Positions 1 to 28,800 of a DNA stretch of 60,000 nt are shown here, piece by piece. The number at the start of each line of letters is the position of its first letter. Within the stretch, counting starts at the first letter, position 1. The stretch lies in NCBI RefSeq assembly GCF_037042905.1, contig NC_087251.1, positions 31,498,001-31,558,000 of the forward strand, given 5' to 3'. Both the position numbers and the translations under genes were made by a program. Source of the stretch: Lytechinus pictus. Lineage: Eukaryota. A model generated the notes under the pieces. It ran no database searches. It was not told the DNA's origin and saw only the letters and a program-made list of their open reading frames with translations.

Positions 1-16393
<16,393 letters not shown>

Positions 16394-17208
16394 GATGCCG
16401 AAGCATCTGTTATAATAACAGCTAAAACATCAATTTTATGAGGAGATGTTGATAGCAGAAGTTCTTTTCCACATAGCCAACACACAGAAAGGAAAAGAAA
16501 GGAAATCAATGAAAGAACGAAGATAGCCGATAGTTTTTAAAATTCAATAGGTATGACAGAAGCTACGGTGTCCCTTAGAATGAACATCACTAGCATTTTC
16601 AACTGGTGTTGGGACCCGGTGTTGGGAGACAAAATAAGTTCATTTGCTTTCCCGAAGTCAAGTCTATCCAGCCCCCCCCCCCTTCCAAGTAATTTTTTTA
16701 ATAAAATGGCACCGGCCGGCCGCCTAGGACTTTTTAATCAGAATTTAATGCATACGAACTCGTAGGCGGATCTAGGGGCAGGACCTAGGCCCCCTATTGG
16801 CAAGGCAAAAAAAAAAGGAAAAAAAGGGGGAAAGGGGAAAAAAGGAGAAAGAAGGGAAAGAGATGGGGAAAAGAGGTAAAAAAAGGAGGAGAAGACGAGT
16901 GGGCATGCCGACGAGTGAATAAGGTGAGGGGAAGACTTGGAAATTATTATTTTTTTTAAATCTTTCATATACAATTTTCGCTCGCGCTTCGCGCTCGCAT
17001 TGTATGTTCGATGAGATACATATCTTAGTCAATAGACTGATATGGAGCTCAAATCAAGTTTTGAAGTCAATATACAAAACATTCAGCTCGGACAGCGAGC
17101 TTTCATTATTTTGTTTGATTTACAAATTGATTTTTAAAAAGTAATCTGTAAAATGTCTGTTTTATTGTCCGAGTATCAACATTTTCATTTTAAGAATTGT
17201 CAAGTACC

Positions 17209-18441
17209 CAGTGGTGTACCGTGGGTCACAGCATTGGGGGGGGGGCACCAGCAAAAATTTTGAGTCACTTATTGGTCGTGCGAAGTGCGCTAGTTGCCCG
17301 GTTGTGACCTAGAGACATTTTAAGGTCTGTGCCATTAAACGGATATATGTATCTCATAATGCGAGCGCGTAGCGCGAGTTGATTTTTTAATATAGATATT
17401 AAGACCTAAAAAAGGAGTAAGCAAATTTTTGTGATTATGATACATATCCTGTCTTATTATACAAACAATGCGAGCGCGATCTGTAACATTTCTATATATT
17501 GACCCCAAACAGGGTTATTTTAAGGACTATTTCTTTTAGGAATTCATGAAGAGCATACATATCTCATAATCTCACCATATAGTGCTGATTTTGTCAGAAA
17601 CACATGAAGCACTCATTGTAGTCATGTAATCATGAACATGGTATGCATCTCAAATATTGCAAGCGTGAAGCGCGAGCTGAAAATATTTGAAATTCAGATA
17701 TGAAGAGGGGCAGTCTAAGGCTTGAATTTAAGAATCATTAAGACCATATACGTATTTCATTAACAAAATGGAGCGAGCGCGAAGCGCGAGCTGAAATTTT
17801 TTGAAATTCAGACATGAAGAGGGGCAGTCTAAGGCTTGATTTTAAGAATCATATTAAGACCATATACGTGGCATTAACCAAATGGTGCGAGCGCGAAGCG
17901 CGAGCTAAACATTTTTGATATTCAGACCAGAAATAGGGGCATTTAAGGACTATTTTTAGGAATTCATAAAGAGCACACATATCTCACCAATCCACTAATG
18001 TGTACGTAAGCGGACTTGAAATGTTTTATATATTCGGACCTTAAAAGGGGCAATCACTTTTAGTATGGTCATGAAAAAAAACATGTCACGATAAAAATCA
18101 ATAATAACTCGAAGTGCAAGGATATTATGTTTGGCGTACATTGACGTGAAAACAGGATGTTTTGTAATACAACAGGATTGATTGAACAGACAATGCGAAC
18201 ACCATGCAGGGAAGACCCTTAGCAATAATGTTTCATTATTAAAGTTATGACAAAAAATCTTATGTAATATTTTGTAATATAGTATAATATATATAAAATA
18301 ATATAATACAATATAATTTCTTCTCCTCCCACTACATTTCTTTTTCCTCTTCCCTCTTTTTCTCCTTTTCTTCCGTTTCTTTTTTGCCAGCCGATTGGGG
18401 GGGGGGGGGGCGCGTGCCCTTCCCTCGTAGTTACGCCACTG
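17209..18441. mobile_element. Non-autonomous hAT-like element with internal ~110-bp tandem repeats
   Basis: Ends CAGTGGTGTAC / TTACGCCACTG; perfect 8-bp TSD CAAGTACC (17201-17208, 18442-18449); repeated GCGAGCGCGAAGCGCGAGCT motif. Confidence 0.85.
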
Positions 18442-18731
18442 CAAGTACCTTTATCTTTGTGTATTCCAAAACCTATCAGCTAGCACTGCTCGCGCTCGCA
18501 TTTTGATTGGTGAGTAATGTATATCGTATAAATTATATAACAAACTATTTATAAAATCCCCTTTTCATGACAGTTTATCAAAAATTTTGGCTTGTGATTC
18601 GAAAGAGCATATCACGAATATGGGCACAATTTTGAGCAAGATGAAATTGATTTGTTTATTTATGGATGAGTGAGCACCCATCAAAAGGACAAAAATGACA
18701 ATAAGTCACAGACTCATTTTGAAGCGTTGTA

Positions 18732-19530
18732 ATTCAAATTCAAATTGTTTTATTCTCTCAGTAAAACCTTACATAAAAAACAAATATAATACAAAGTTAA
18801 AATACATGTATATTACAAATCGAAAGACGGTCAAAAAATTGCATTATGGTTCAGAATCATATTGAGGGGTAGCAGCCTAAAAGGAAAAAATCCTTATAAT
18901 TAGGCCGACCCATTATTAAAACGAAAAGGTGACATAGAAAATGCAATAACAGGGATACAGCAAAAACATTTCTAAAAACAAACAAAATAACTTAAAAATG
19001 CACATAAACAATGAACCAAGACATCAAAAAGTGCCATGCCCTAACATAATATTACAATAATTATAATAATACAAGTGAAATACATAATTCATACATCATT
19101 CAGCCACTGTATTTCTCAAGAAGGTATCTTTTGAACTTTGTTTTGAATACATTAAGTGTTTTTGCATTACGTATTTCATCTGTTAGTGAATTCCAAACTA
19201 CAGGACCTTGATAAATGATTGATTGGTGTGACAGTGACGTTCTTATTTTAGGAAGATGAAAATTATTTGCATTTCTCATAGGATAAGAATGTATATTGCA
19301 ATTCAAGTTAAAATATTCTAATAGAGAAGTGGGTAAAAGTTTCCGATAACATAAAAACATAAAGATTCCAAGCTGGTATTGATATATGTCATAAATGTTT
19401 AAAAGTTTTAGATTATAAAATATGGGTGAAGTATGGGCTAAAAAAGATGAATGATTAACTATTTTTATTGCACGTTTTTGTAATTTAAACAGTCTATCGA
19501 GATAAATTTTGGCTGCACTTCCCCATGTAA
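18732..19530 (-). mobile_element. 3' fragment of a CR1/L2-group LINE (ORF2 C-terminus, 3'UTR, (TTTGAA)n tail)
   Basis: ORF 19100-19624 contains WGSA...LFKLQKRAIKI...HTSPIFYNLKLL...YQGPVVWNSL...FKTKFKRYL, typical of the post-RT region of these LINEs. Confidence 0.85.
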
Positions 19531-19540
19531 ACTTCCTATG

Positions 19541-19699
19541 CAGGGGGCGCGGAAGCGGGGGGGGGCGGCTGGGGGGCCCTCCATTTTTTTCCAAAACCGT
19601 GTACAAAAACGTAAAAATTACCATATGATTGTGATTTTTTGCATGGTCAGCCCCCCCCCCCCAATTTGGCTCAGCCCGGAAACCGTTCCGCGGCCCCTG
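19541..19699. mobile_element. Short GC-rich MITE
   Basis: TIRs CAGGGGGCGCGGAA / TTCCGCGGCCCCTG; CTATG duplicated on both flanks. Confidence 0.65.
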
Positions 19700-20345
19700 C
19701 TATGGGGGCAAATTCTGTTTCAACTGTGACTTATAATTGCTGTTGCTTTTAATCATCCATTATCACCACACACTATATCTCCGAACTTTTTACACTTTCA
19801 TGATTGATTGATTGATTGATAACGAATTTATTTCATTCCAAAATTTTAACAAGGTTACAAAGTAAAGAAAAATATAATATAACATTATGAAATGAAATAG
19901 AAACCTTCTGAAAAGCAAAGCTTGTTATTAAAGGTTTCTTTCAATGAATAAGACAAATTAATGCAAAATACAAAGTTCAATATATATATATAATATACAA
20001 ATACATTGGTGAGCGAGCACACTGAAAAACTTGGGAATGATTACTCTTACTCCCGGGCTCTTACTACTACATAAATGCATTCTTTTCTGACAGTTTCTCA
20101 AGATCAGTTGAATTTAGGGACAAATTATTTGTCTGGATCCAGAATTTGAAAATGCACATGGGGGAGGGAGTGGAGAAATTGGGAAGGGACGCCACTAACA
20201 TTTTCCATTTAACTTTTTTTTAAAGTTATAAAAGGCACTACCATCATAAACCTTTATGATAATAAGTCACAAAAATATTATGTTCACTCAACCATGAAAA
20301 CCATGAATATACGTTACCAACATTTTGTGTGGATTGGTTATGGAT

Positions 20346-20684
20346 AATCGCTGATGTGGTTTACGGTACACCATGTGAAGTGTTGTAGAAACAGTGGATA
20401 GGAGAAGAGAAGAAATGGATAGGCGAGAAAGTGGAGATTTGAGAGTAGAGTATTCTTTCTTGAAAGTAGTCCTGAAAAGGACTGTAAACCAGGAAAGATT
20501 GATGAGTTGAGAACAGCTTGAGTAGTAGAGCTAGTGAGGAGATGCTGGCTTGAGTCGGCGAGTAGAGATGATGAGCAGTAGAGAGACTCAAATCTCCACT
20601 TTCTCGCCTATCCATTTCTTCTCTTCTCCTATCCACTGTTTCTACAACACTTCACATGGTGTACCGTAAACCACATCAGCGATT
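20346..20684. repeat. Perfect 98-bp inverted repeat with 143-bp spacer
   Basis: 20346-20443 is the exact reverse complement of 20587-20684. Confidence 0.93.
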
Positions 20685-21570
20685 GTACATACCACCATGC
20701 AAACCTTCAAACAACATCTGGTTATAGATAGTAAAAGAGCATATAAGCACCGTAAAGTTCACCAAAAACAAATTTCCCCCAACTGTACTTACACGATCCG
20801 AAAAATTGCTCCTTAAAAAAAAATTGTCATATTTACTTAAATTACTCATGACTCAACCAATTAATCTAATTTTTTTTTTCACAGGAGTTGCTCTCTAAGT
20901 GAAGTAAACCACCTGCGAAATATTATATCTCAAAATTATTGCGTTCAAAACTAAAGTTACAGCATTTTGATTAAATGGGGACTTACTTTTTTTGTTGAGT
21001 ATACATGTATACATAAAATCAGCTCGCGTGATTCACGTGTGAAATAATTTGTCTGTTGATATTGCAGGTACAATCACAACCATTCTATTTTTTGAAAATG
21101 ATATTTCATTGATTTTTTAAATAAATTATACATGAGGAAGTTGCTTGCATATACTAAACTAAAAATAACAAATCATTCTAACAATTTGTATAATCTTTGA
21201 TGGATTTTCCACAATAAATTCACCAATATTTTTTTTCAATAAATTTATCTGCTACTTTAAAACTTTTTGGCAGAGTACTTCCCCTCCAATAATGTAGGCT
21301 ACATGTATATGCAAATATAAATGTAATAAATAGGTCTATTGATATTTAAGAGCATATGAAAAAAAATCAATTCAATTTATACATATGGTATTAATAGGCC
21401 TACATTTTATATATTGGCCTACCATATAGAATATATTTTATATAATATTATATAGAATATATTTATTTTGAAAATGAAGATCTTAAAAATTCTTGAATAT
21501 TAAATCTAAAATTGCAATACATACATCTGTTCCCGGTAGGCCTTTAATTGAGACAAAAGCTCCATATTAA

Positions 21571-22176
21571 AGGTCAAGTCCACCCCAACAAAATGTTGAT
21601 TTGAATCAATAGAGAAAAATCAGACAAGCACAATGCTGAAAATTTCATCAAAATCGGATGTAAAATAAGAAAGTTATGACATTTCAAAGTTTCGCTTATT
21701 TTTAACAAAATAGTTATATGAACGAGCCAGTTACATCCAAATTAGAGAGTCGATGATGTCACTCACTCACTATTTCTTTTGTTTTTTATTGTTTGATTTA
21801 TACAATATTTCAATTTTTACGAATTTGACGATTAGGACCTCCTTATTGCCTGAACCACAAAATGTTAAAATAATGGAATTCCACGTATTCAGGGAGGAAT
21901 GAAACTTCATTTCACATGACAATGACGAGAAAATCAAAATATTTCATAATTCATATAATAAAATACAAAAGAAATAGTGAGTGAGTGATGTCATCAGTTC
22001 CCTCATTTGCATACCGACCGGGATGTGCATATAACTCTTTTGTCAAATGAAGCGAAATTTTAAAATGTCATAACTTTCTTATTTTACACCCGATTTTGAT
22101 GAAATTTTCAGTGTTATGCTTGTTGAATTTTTCTCTTTTTATTCGAATCAAGTTTTTGTTGGGGTGGACTTGTCCT
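21571..22176. mobile_element. Foldback MITE, Kolobok-like (TTAA target)
   Basis: TTAA|AGGTCAAGTCCACCCCAACAAAA ... TTTTGTTGGGGTGGACTTGTCCT|TTAA; arms stay complementary for over 200 bp. A deleted relative lies near 40555-40690. Confidence 0.85.
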
Positions 22177-22249
22177 TTAATTAGAAAACTCTCAGGAAGA
22201 GTTTATTCGCATGCACTTACCTATATCAAGTACGATTCGTAATAGTTCA

Positions 22250-22830
22250 GTGTTCGCATGGCTATCGGCAGCGAAGTGGTCGAGCGCCATCTAGCGTTAA
22301 ACCACGTATATAACTACTAGTTAGTTAACCTGCGCGAGTTGGCGAGACGGAAAATCAGACGTGGGGGTGAGCGTCTGCGGCTTCCGCTCGAAAAAGATCT
22401 ATATTTTCACCATTTCGTCTTAAAAATATAAACTCCAACTACTTTCCAGAATGGCGGCTAACATGTATAGAGTTGGTGGTGAGTATAAGGGAGCAGAAAT
22501 GTGTATTTTTGGCATGCAGCGACTCTTTTTCACACCGCGACGAGCTAGTCTTGCCCATTCGGACACCATTTTGTTTTAGTTAACTAGCAGCGGGCCGAAC
22601 ACAAAGAAAGGAAAAGACGCGTCGTTTCATGACATGAGGACGCCGATGATGATGGATCTTTTATTGAAAATATGTCAATATAATTCGTCAAATTCATATA
22701 GAAACCAAATTTTGTGAACCCCTGGTAATTTTGTGCAATTTTGCAGCAAATTGTAGGTGTCGAGCTGCGGAGCGTGGGCCGCTTAATCCGTTAAACCTTT
22801 AAACTTATTAACTTTTAAACCGGGGCTCGT
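22250..22830 (+). promoter_or_regulatory. CpG-enriched MTA promoter/first-exon region with a CTCF-like motif (22284-22296)
   Basis: Local rise in CpG around the start codon; GCGCCATCTAGCG resembles the CTCF core; YY1-like AATGGCGGC overlaps the ATG. Confidence 0.5.
22451..22478 (+). CDS. MTA1: MTA exon 1 (MAANMYRVG)
   Basis: Invariant MTA N-terminus; GTGAGT donor. Confidence 0.93.
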
Positions 22831-25800
22831 AGAGAATTCTAGTTTTCTTCATTGCCTTTCTTTTATCATTTCAAAGTATGTGCAGCTGATTAATCTTTAT
22901 TTTCTCCTCTGTATTTTTTTTTCAGGATGGTCTTTCATTTTCACATTTAATTTTTTCACTTTCACAAAGTTTCAGTTTTTACTTTCTCAAATTCATTCAT
23001 TATTCACTTGATCTAAAAATAAGGCCTTTTCTTTTCTTGGACAGACTTTTCTACATGTACATGTGTTTCATGTTTTGTTTCTGTTTTAAACTTACGCTTA
23101 CGAAGTTTTGGTAACATTTAGAATTTAATGGTTGAATGAATAAAAAAAAATCAACACTGAATTTTTTGTAAATAGGACTAGGTCTAGAGGTAAAACTTTT
23201 GCTTATTTTCGCTATATAGGCCTGATTATCACCCCAAGCTCCAAAGGGTAAATTATTTTCATGTAACTGAAGTCCACAAATTGTTTAGGTAGACTAAATG
23301 CATGCGCAACGTTAGATCTTTGCACTATTTTGAGACAAAGTCTTAGACATGGTGATCTTGTATTGAAACAGTAAATACTAAAATAGAACTACTTTTTCTG
23401 ATTTGGCAGGATTCGGATTCCTCAAACTCCCCCCCTTTTTTTTAATTTACTTTTCTCATTTTCAGTTTCACACAATATTTTATTTCCAATGGTGGATTCC
23501 CCTCCCATATATATTTATCTTTGGACAAGTTATTTATTTTATTTTTTATGTGGGGGGGGGGGGGGGGGGGGGTAGGTGGGTCCAGCAGTTGATTTCTTTC
23601 AGTGGGATCATGCAAATCAGCATGATGTCATATAAGCTAATTATTGCAAACACTGTAAGCGATACTTGGAAATAAGTTTGAAAATTAAAATTGAATTGTT
23701 GTTTAGCTAGAATTATTATCGCTCTTATTGAAATAAATAATGTCATTTATTTTGTGTATTACAGATTATGTCTACTTTGAGACTTCATCATCACAGCCAT
23801 ATCTTATTCGCAGGATTGAAGAACTCAACAAAGTATGTTGTTTTCTTAAACATATATATATATATATTTTTTTTTTTTCTGCTTGTACCACTGTGAATAG
23901 TGAATTATACATTTAAAGCTAATGTACATGAGCACTTGGATATACATGCATACCATTGAAAATGTCTTTTCCTTAGTAATTATATTGTAAACTGATTGTA
24001 TCTTGAAATGAGAAAGTGTGAAACAACATAAATTTGAAAATGAGTGTGGCATGTAGCAGTGCAAAATATGGATGTAAATACTGTATATTACGCTACTGCA
24101 TGGTGGCAGTATTGTGTAAATCATTTCTAAGCTTTACTGGACACTTGCTGTAGCTTTTTGATTTGCACTACTTGAAGCTAAAGAAGCATAAAATTGAACT
24201 CTCCGATTATAAAAATTAATGAGTTTTCTCAGTATTTTGCAAGTTATTGAGATACAAATAAGCAATCTTATGTAAGATATACACCCTGTAAGTAGGCCTT
24301 ATCTTAAATTGTAGGTTTTTTTAGGCACAGTATATTGCAATTGAAATTTTCACATACATGTATATGAATGTTGTAATTTTATTTCCTATTTGAATTTGGA
24401 ACATTGATCAGTTAATTTCCATGTATGTCTTCAGAAATATGTGATTTGCAACAATATTTTTATGAAAAAAAAATTAATGGTGCTGTTTTTGATATTTCAT
24501 TATTTCAGACTGCCAGCGGCAATGTGGAGGCCAAAGTGGTATGTTTCTACCGCCGTAGAGACATTCCCAACTCACTCATCCAGCTTGCTGATAAACATGC
24601 AAGTAAGTTTGAGAATAAACTATACAATATGAATAATAAAATTTATGTATATTTTCATTTTGTAAGCACAGATAATTTTTTCTTCATTATTAAAAAAAAG
24701 AAGACATTTTTTTAATGATAAAAATTATTGATTTTTCTGAACATTCTGCTAACAGTATATATGTGAGTAAAACAATTCACAAGTATTTAACCACATACCG
24801 GTATATCGTTTTGTATACATGTAGCTTGATGGTTTCATATCTTTATTTTTAGACAGTGTTTATAATTTTCCCCATTCATTTTTTTTTTTTTTGTTACAGT
24901 GGCTTTGGAGGAAGAACAAGAGGAGGCTTTGGAAGAGTTAAATGAGAAGCAACGTCATCAGTTGAAACATCGTGAACTGTTCTTATCCCGTCAGTTAGAA
25001 ACGCTTCCAGCTACACACATCAGAGGAAAATGTACAGTCACCCTGCTCAATGAGACAGAGAGTCTCCTCTCGTACTTGTCAAAAGATGTAAGTTCTAAAT
25101 AGGGGCCTATAGATGCATAACAAATTACTATTCAGTAGCTTTGCCATCTAATGGTAACTTCCCTGAAATCCTTGATTCTGATTGGCTGTTGAAGACTGTA
25201 ACCATGGTAAGTTACCATTGGATGGCAAAGTTACCATAAAAGTAACTTTCATACAACAGGATCCAGGTCTATTAAAATACAAGACTAATTTTGGAGCATA
25301 TAATCCCATTTAGTTGTAAAGTGTGATACATATATCTGGTATATAGTTAGCCATTGATAACACTGTTTCTGTTTATATTGAGCTATTGACATATACATTT
25401 CTGTTTGCTTTGCAGTGCAGAATGGTGTAGAATGTTATTTGTAGGTTAGGGATAGGTTATGAAGAACTTGACAGTAAAGCTGACACATACATGAGCCACA
25501 AGTATTTTGCAATATCTGTTGATTAACATATTCTAAAGATCTATCTACCCTTTCATTGCTCTTGTAAATCATATTTTCAAGATTTTACTTGTTTCCCCAA
25601 CTTACAATCTTATCAATTTCCACCTTTATCCTTGTTTGTGCCTTTGTAGGATGCATTCTTCTATTCCTTGGTGTATGACCCACAACAGAAGACTTTGCTT
25701 GCAGATAAAGGAGAGATAAGAGTTGGTTCTCGCTATCAAGCTGATGTCACTCCACTCCTCACAGAAGGTACAGTCTGCAACTCTATATTCAAACTCATTA

Positions 25801-28800
25801 TTATTTTACTCACTGTAATGGTAACATTATAGGTCACTTTTATATGGCAATATTTTCAGTACTATTATTTCTCAAGTGTTATGATTGATTGATTGAATTT
25901 ATTCTTGCTGTATATGCATCATCATCATGAACATTACAAATCGTTGCTACATTAGTATAATCAATTAAGCTCTCTTAAACATCTCCAAAACTTTGTGATT
26001 TTTTGCAGAAACTTATCATATTTGTGCATTTAGAGTTGTTCAGTTCATCATTTTAGTACTCAAACACAAATTGCATACATTGTTTTCTCAACTAAGGACA
26101 GTCAGCAGCCCGCACAGGAGTATGTGTTCGCATTGGTTTATTGAATGGATATTGAATCTAAATTGCTATGTGATGCCATGAGAATTTGTACTCCCTGTCT
26201 GTCTCCATATACTCTCATATGTACACAATGTTGGTACTGTCTATGCCCCCACCTTCACAATCTCTTTGCCCCCACCAGGTGAATCGGATGGTCGTGACCT
26301 TTCTAGTCTTGAGGCTCTGACGTGGAACCCGGAACACTGCATGAATGATAGAAGCATCGATCAGTTCCTGGTTCTAGCAAGGTGGGTCTGATTTCCATTT
26401 AAGATGATTAAAAATAATTACAATGCAATGTAATACAATATTAGCATTCTTATAGTGCTGTTGCAATTAATTAACATACGTCATAGTGCTTAATTGTGGC
26501 AATAAGATAAGGGAATATGGCAATAGAATTATTCAGACATTTTTGTTGTATCATCTTTCTCTCTCCACATAAAGAAAGAGAGAGAAAATATGTCTGAAAA
26601 TACAACCTTTGTGTTTTGCAAGACATAAAAAGGAGATTTTTTTTTTTATGTTTAAGTAATTATGTGGTCAAGTGAACAGAGAGGTTAGGAAAAATACCTC
26701 AGAATAGTTATCAATTAATATATAGTTATAGGTCTCAGGATAGCTTGGCTTCATGCACACAAATGTTCTCTGCGCTAAAGAAAGGTATCATGAAGTTATG
26801 ATATGGAATAATTATAATATCTTTGCTTCATGTACAGGAATGTTCTCTGTAATAACCATTGATAGTATGAAGACATGATTTGGAATAATTCAATACAGGT
26901 CTGTTGGAACCTTTGGTCGTGCACTTGACTGCAGTAGTTCAATCCGTCAACCAAGTCTTCATATGAGTGCTGCTGCGGCATCAAGAGATATAACATTAGT
27001 AAGTTTGATTCAAACTTTTCTTTGAAGCTCATCTAACATTACAGCACTCGTTAATGAAGATGTCATGTATCTGAATCTTCATCCACGATTTATTATCAGT
27101 CAGAATTGTATGATTTTTGTTCATTATCTTATATAGTGCTGACACTGTACTTTGATACTTCATCCATAATCAGTATGGATAGATTTTTTTTTTATTTGTA
27201 GTGTCCTGTTACTTATTAGTTTGCTTGGTTTACAGGACTTGCTCCCTTAAGTCATTTTAATAATTTGGTAAACATTGCCTGGTGGGTGTTTCATAAACTG
27301 TTGGTAGATTATGGATGACTTGACGCACAACTGCCGACCATTTCTTGCGCTTAGTAGTATATCCCTGTGTAGCTGACGTAGCACCCAAGAACATGCTCCG
27401 AAAACCTTTACATACTGCTTTATTAGACTCCACCCTGGCTTTATGACTACCGTACATTTCTGAGCTTCATTATCAGAAAAGTGAAACACATTTTAAAGCA
27501 AGTAATGGAATGAACTGATACTTTCTATGATATTATTATGAGTCTGTTGATTTTAACAATATATATTTTTTTTTTTGGCATAGTTCCATGCCATGGATGT
27601 CCTTCACCAGCAGGCGTATGAGCTGGCCAAGGCTATGGCCATCTTGGTTCCGGCTGGTGGACCGGTCATCTGTAGGGATCAGCTGGAGGAATGGTCAGCT
27701 TCAGAAGCCAATCTCTTCGAAGAGGCTCTAGAAAAATATGGCAAAGACTTCAATGATATCAGACAAGACTTTGTAAGTAATTGCGTTTAAGGGTTGCCGG
27801 TTAGCAGAAATGCATTTTATTGTTTTATTTGTCTCTCAAATGCAGACATGTATTTGCATGCTCGTATTATTTCCTTTTCTTTGATCTCTACAGGAGCCAA
27901 GCAAAATTGATTTGATTGGATCAAAAAGTTTATTTTCTTTTGTGAGGTTACTTAGTTATAATCAAGTTTGCCCCCATCCTCAATATGTGGTAAAGGAATG
28001 AATAAATATATATTTATACAATATCCATAGAGCCTGAAGTTCTATAGTAATGTATGTTGATAATCAAGGTTAGAGAGCTGAGTTGATGGTCAGATTTCAT
28101 CTATATTTCTGTCCAGTCTGTGATATTGTCCAGAGAGAAACTTAAATAAGGAGGTATCAGATATCAAACACATAATGGTGTCATAATATTTGATTATTTC
28201 TTTAATTACAGTTGCCATGGAAATCCCTGAAAAGCATTGTAGAATATTACTACATGTGGAAGACCACAGATAGATACGTACAACAGAAGCGACTCAAGGC
28301 TGCAGAGGCTGAAAGCAAACTCAAGCAAGTTTACATACCTACATAGTAAGTTGAAATTAGTATAATTACTTTCAGATTTAGAGTTTAATTCCCAGACAGG
28401 AGTGACCATTATCAATTTTGAATTGAAGTAGCATACAAGTTGAGATAAGAATAATTACCTTTTGATTTGTTTTTGCAATGTTTGACCAAAACAATAAGTT
28501 TTTTAAATCTTGGGCAAGAAATACTTGTGTTATGATTTTATGAAATTGAAAAGTTATGTTTATGTTCATGTCGTGATTATCATATTATGTACAACTGTGA
28601 AATAAAAATAAAAATCAATATATCAAATCAAAATATGCTATGAACAACTTCATAATAGGAAATAGGAAAACAATCTGTCAACCACTCTCAGTTGTGATCA
28701 ACCACTGTGATGATTTTTTTAATGTACAGTATTATTTTACGAATTAGTAATTCTATTTGCTTTCTTTCATTCAGCAACAAACCAAACCCTAATCAGATCA

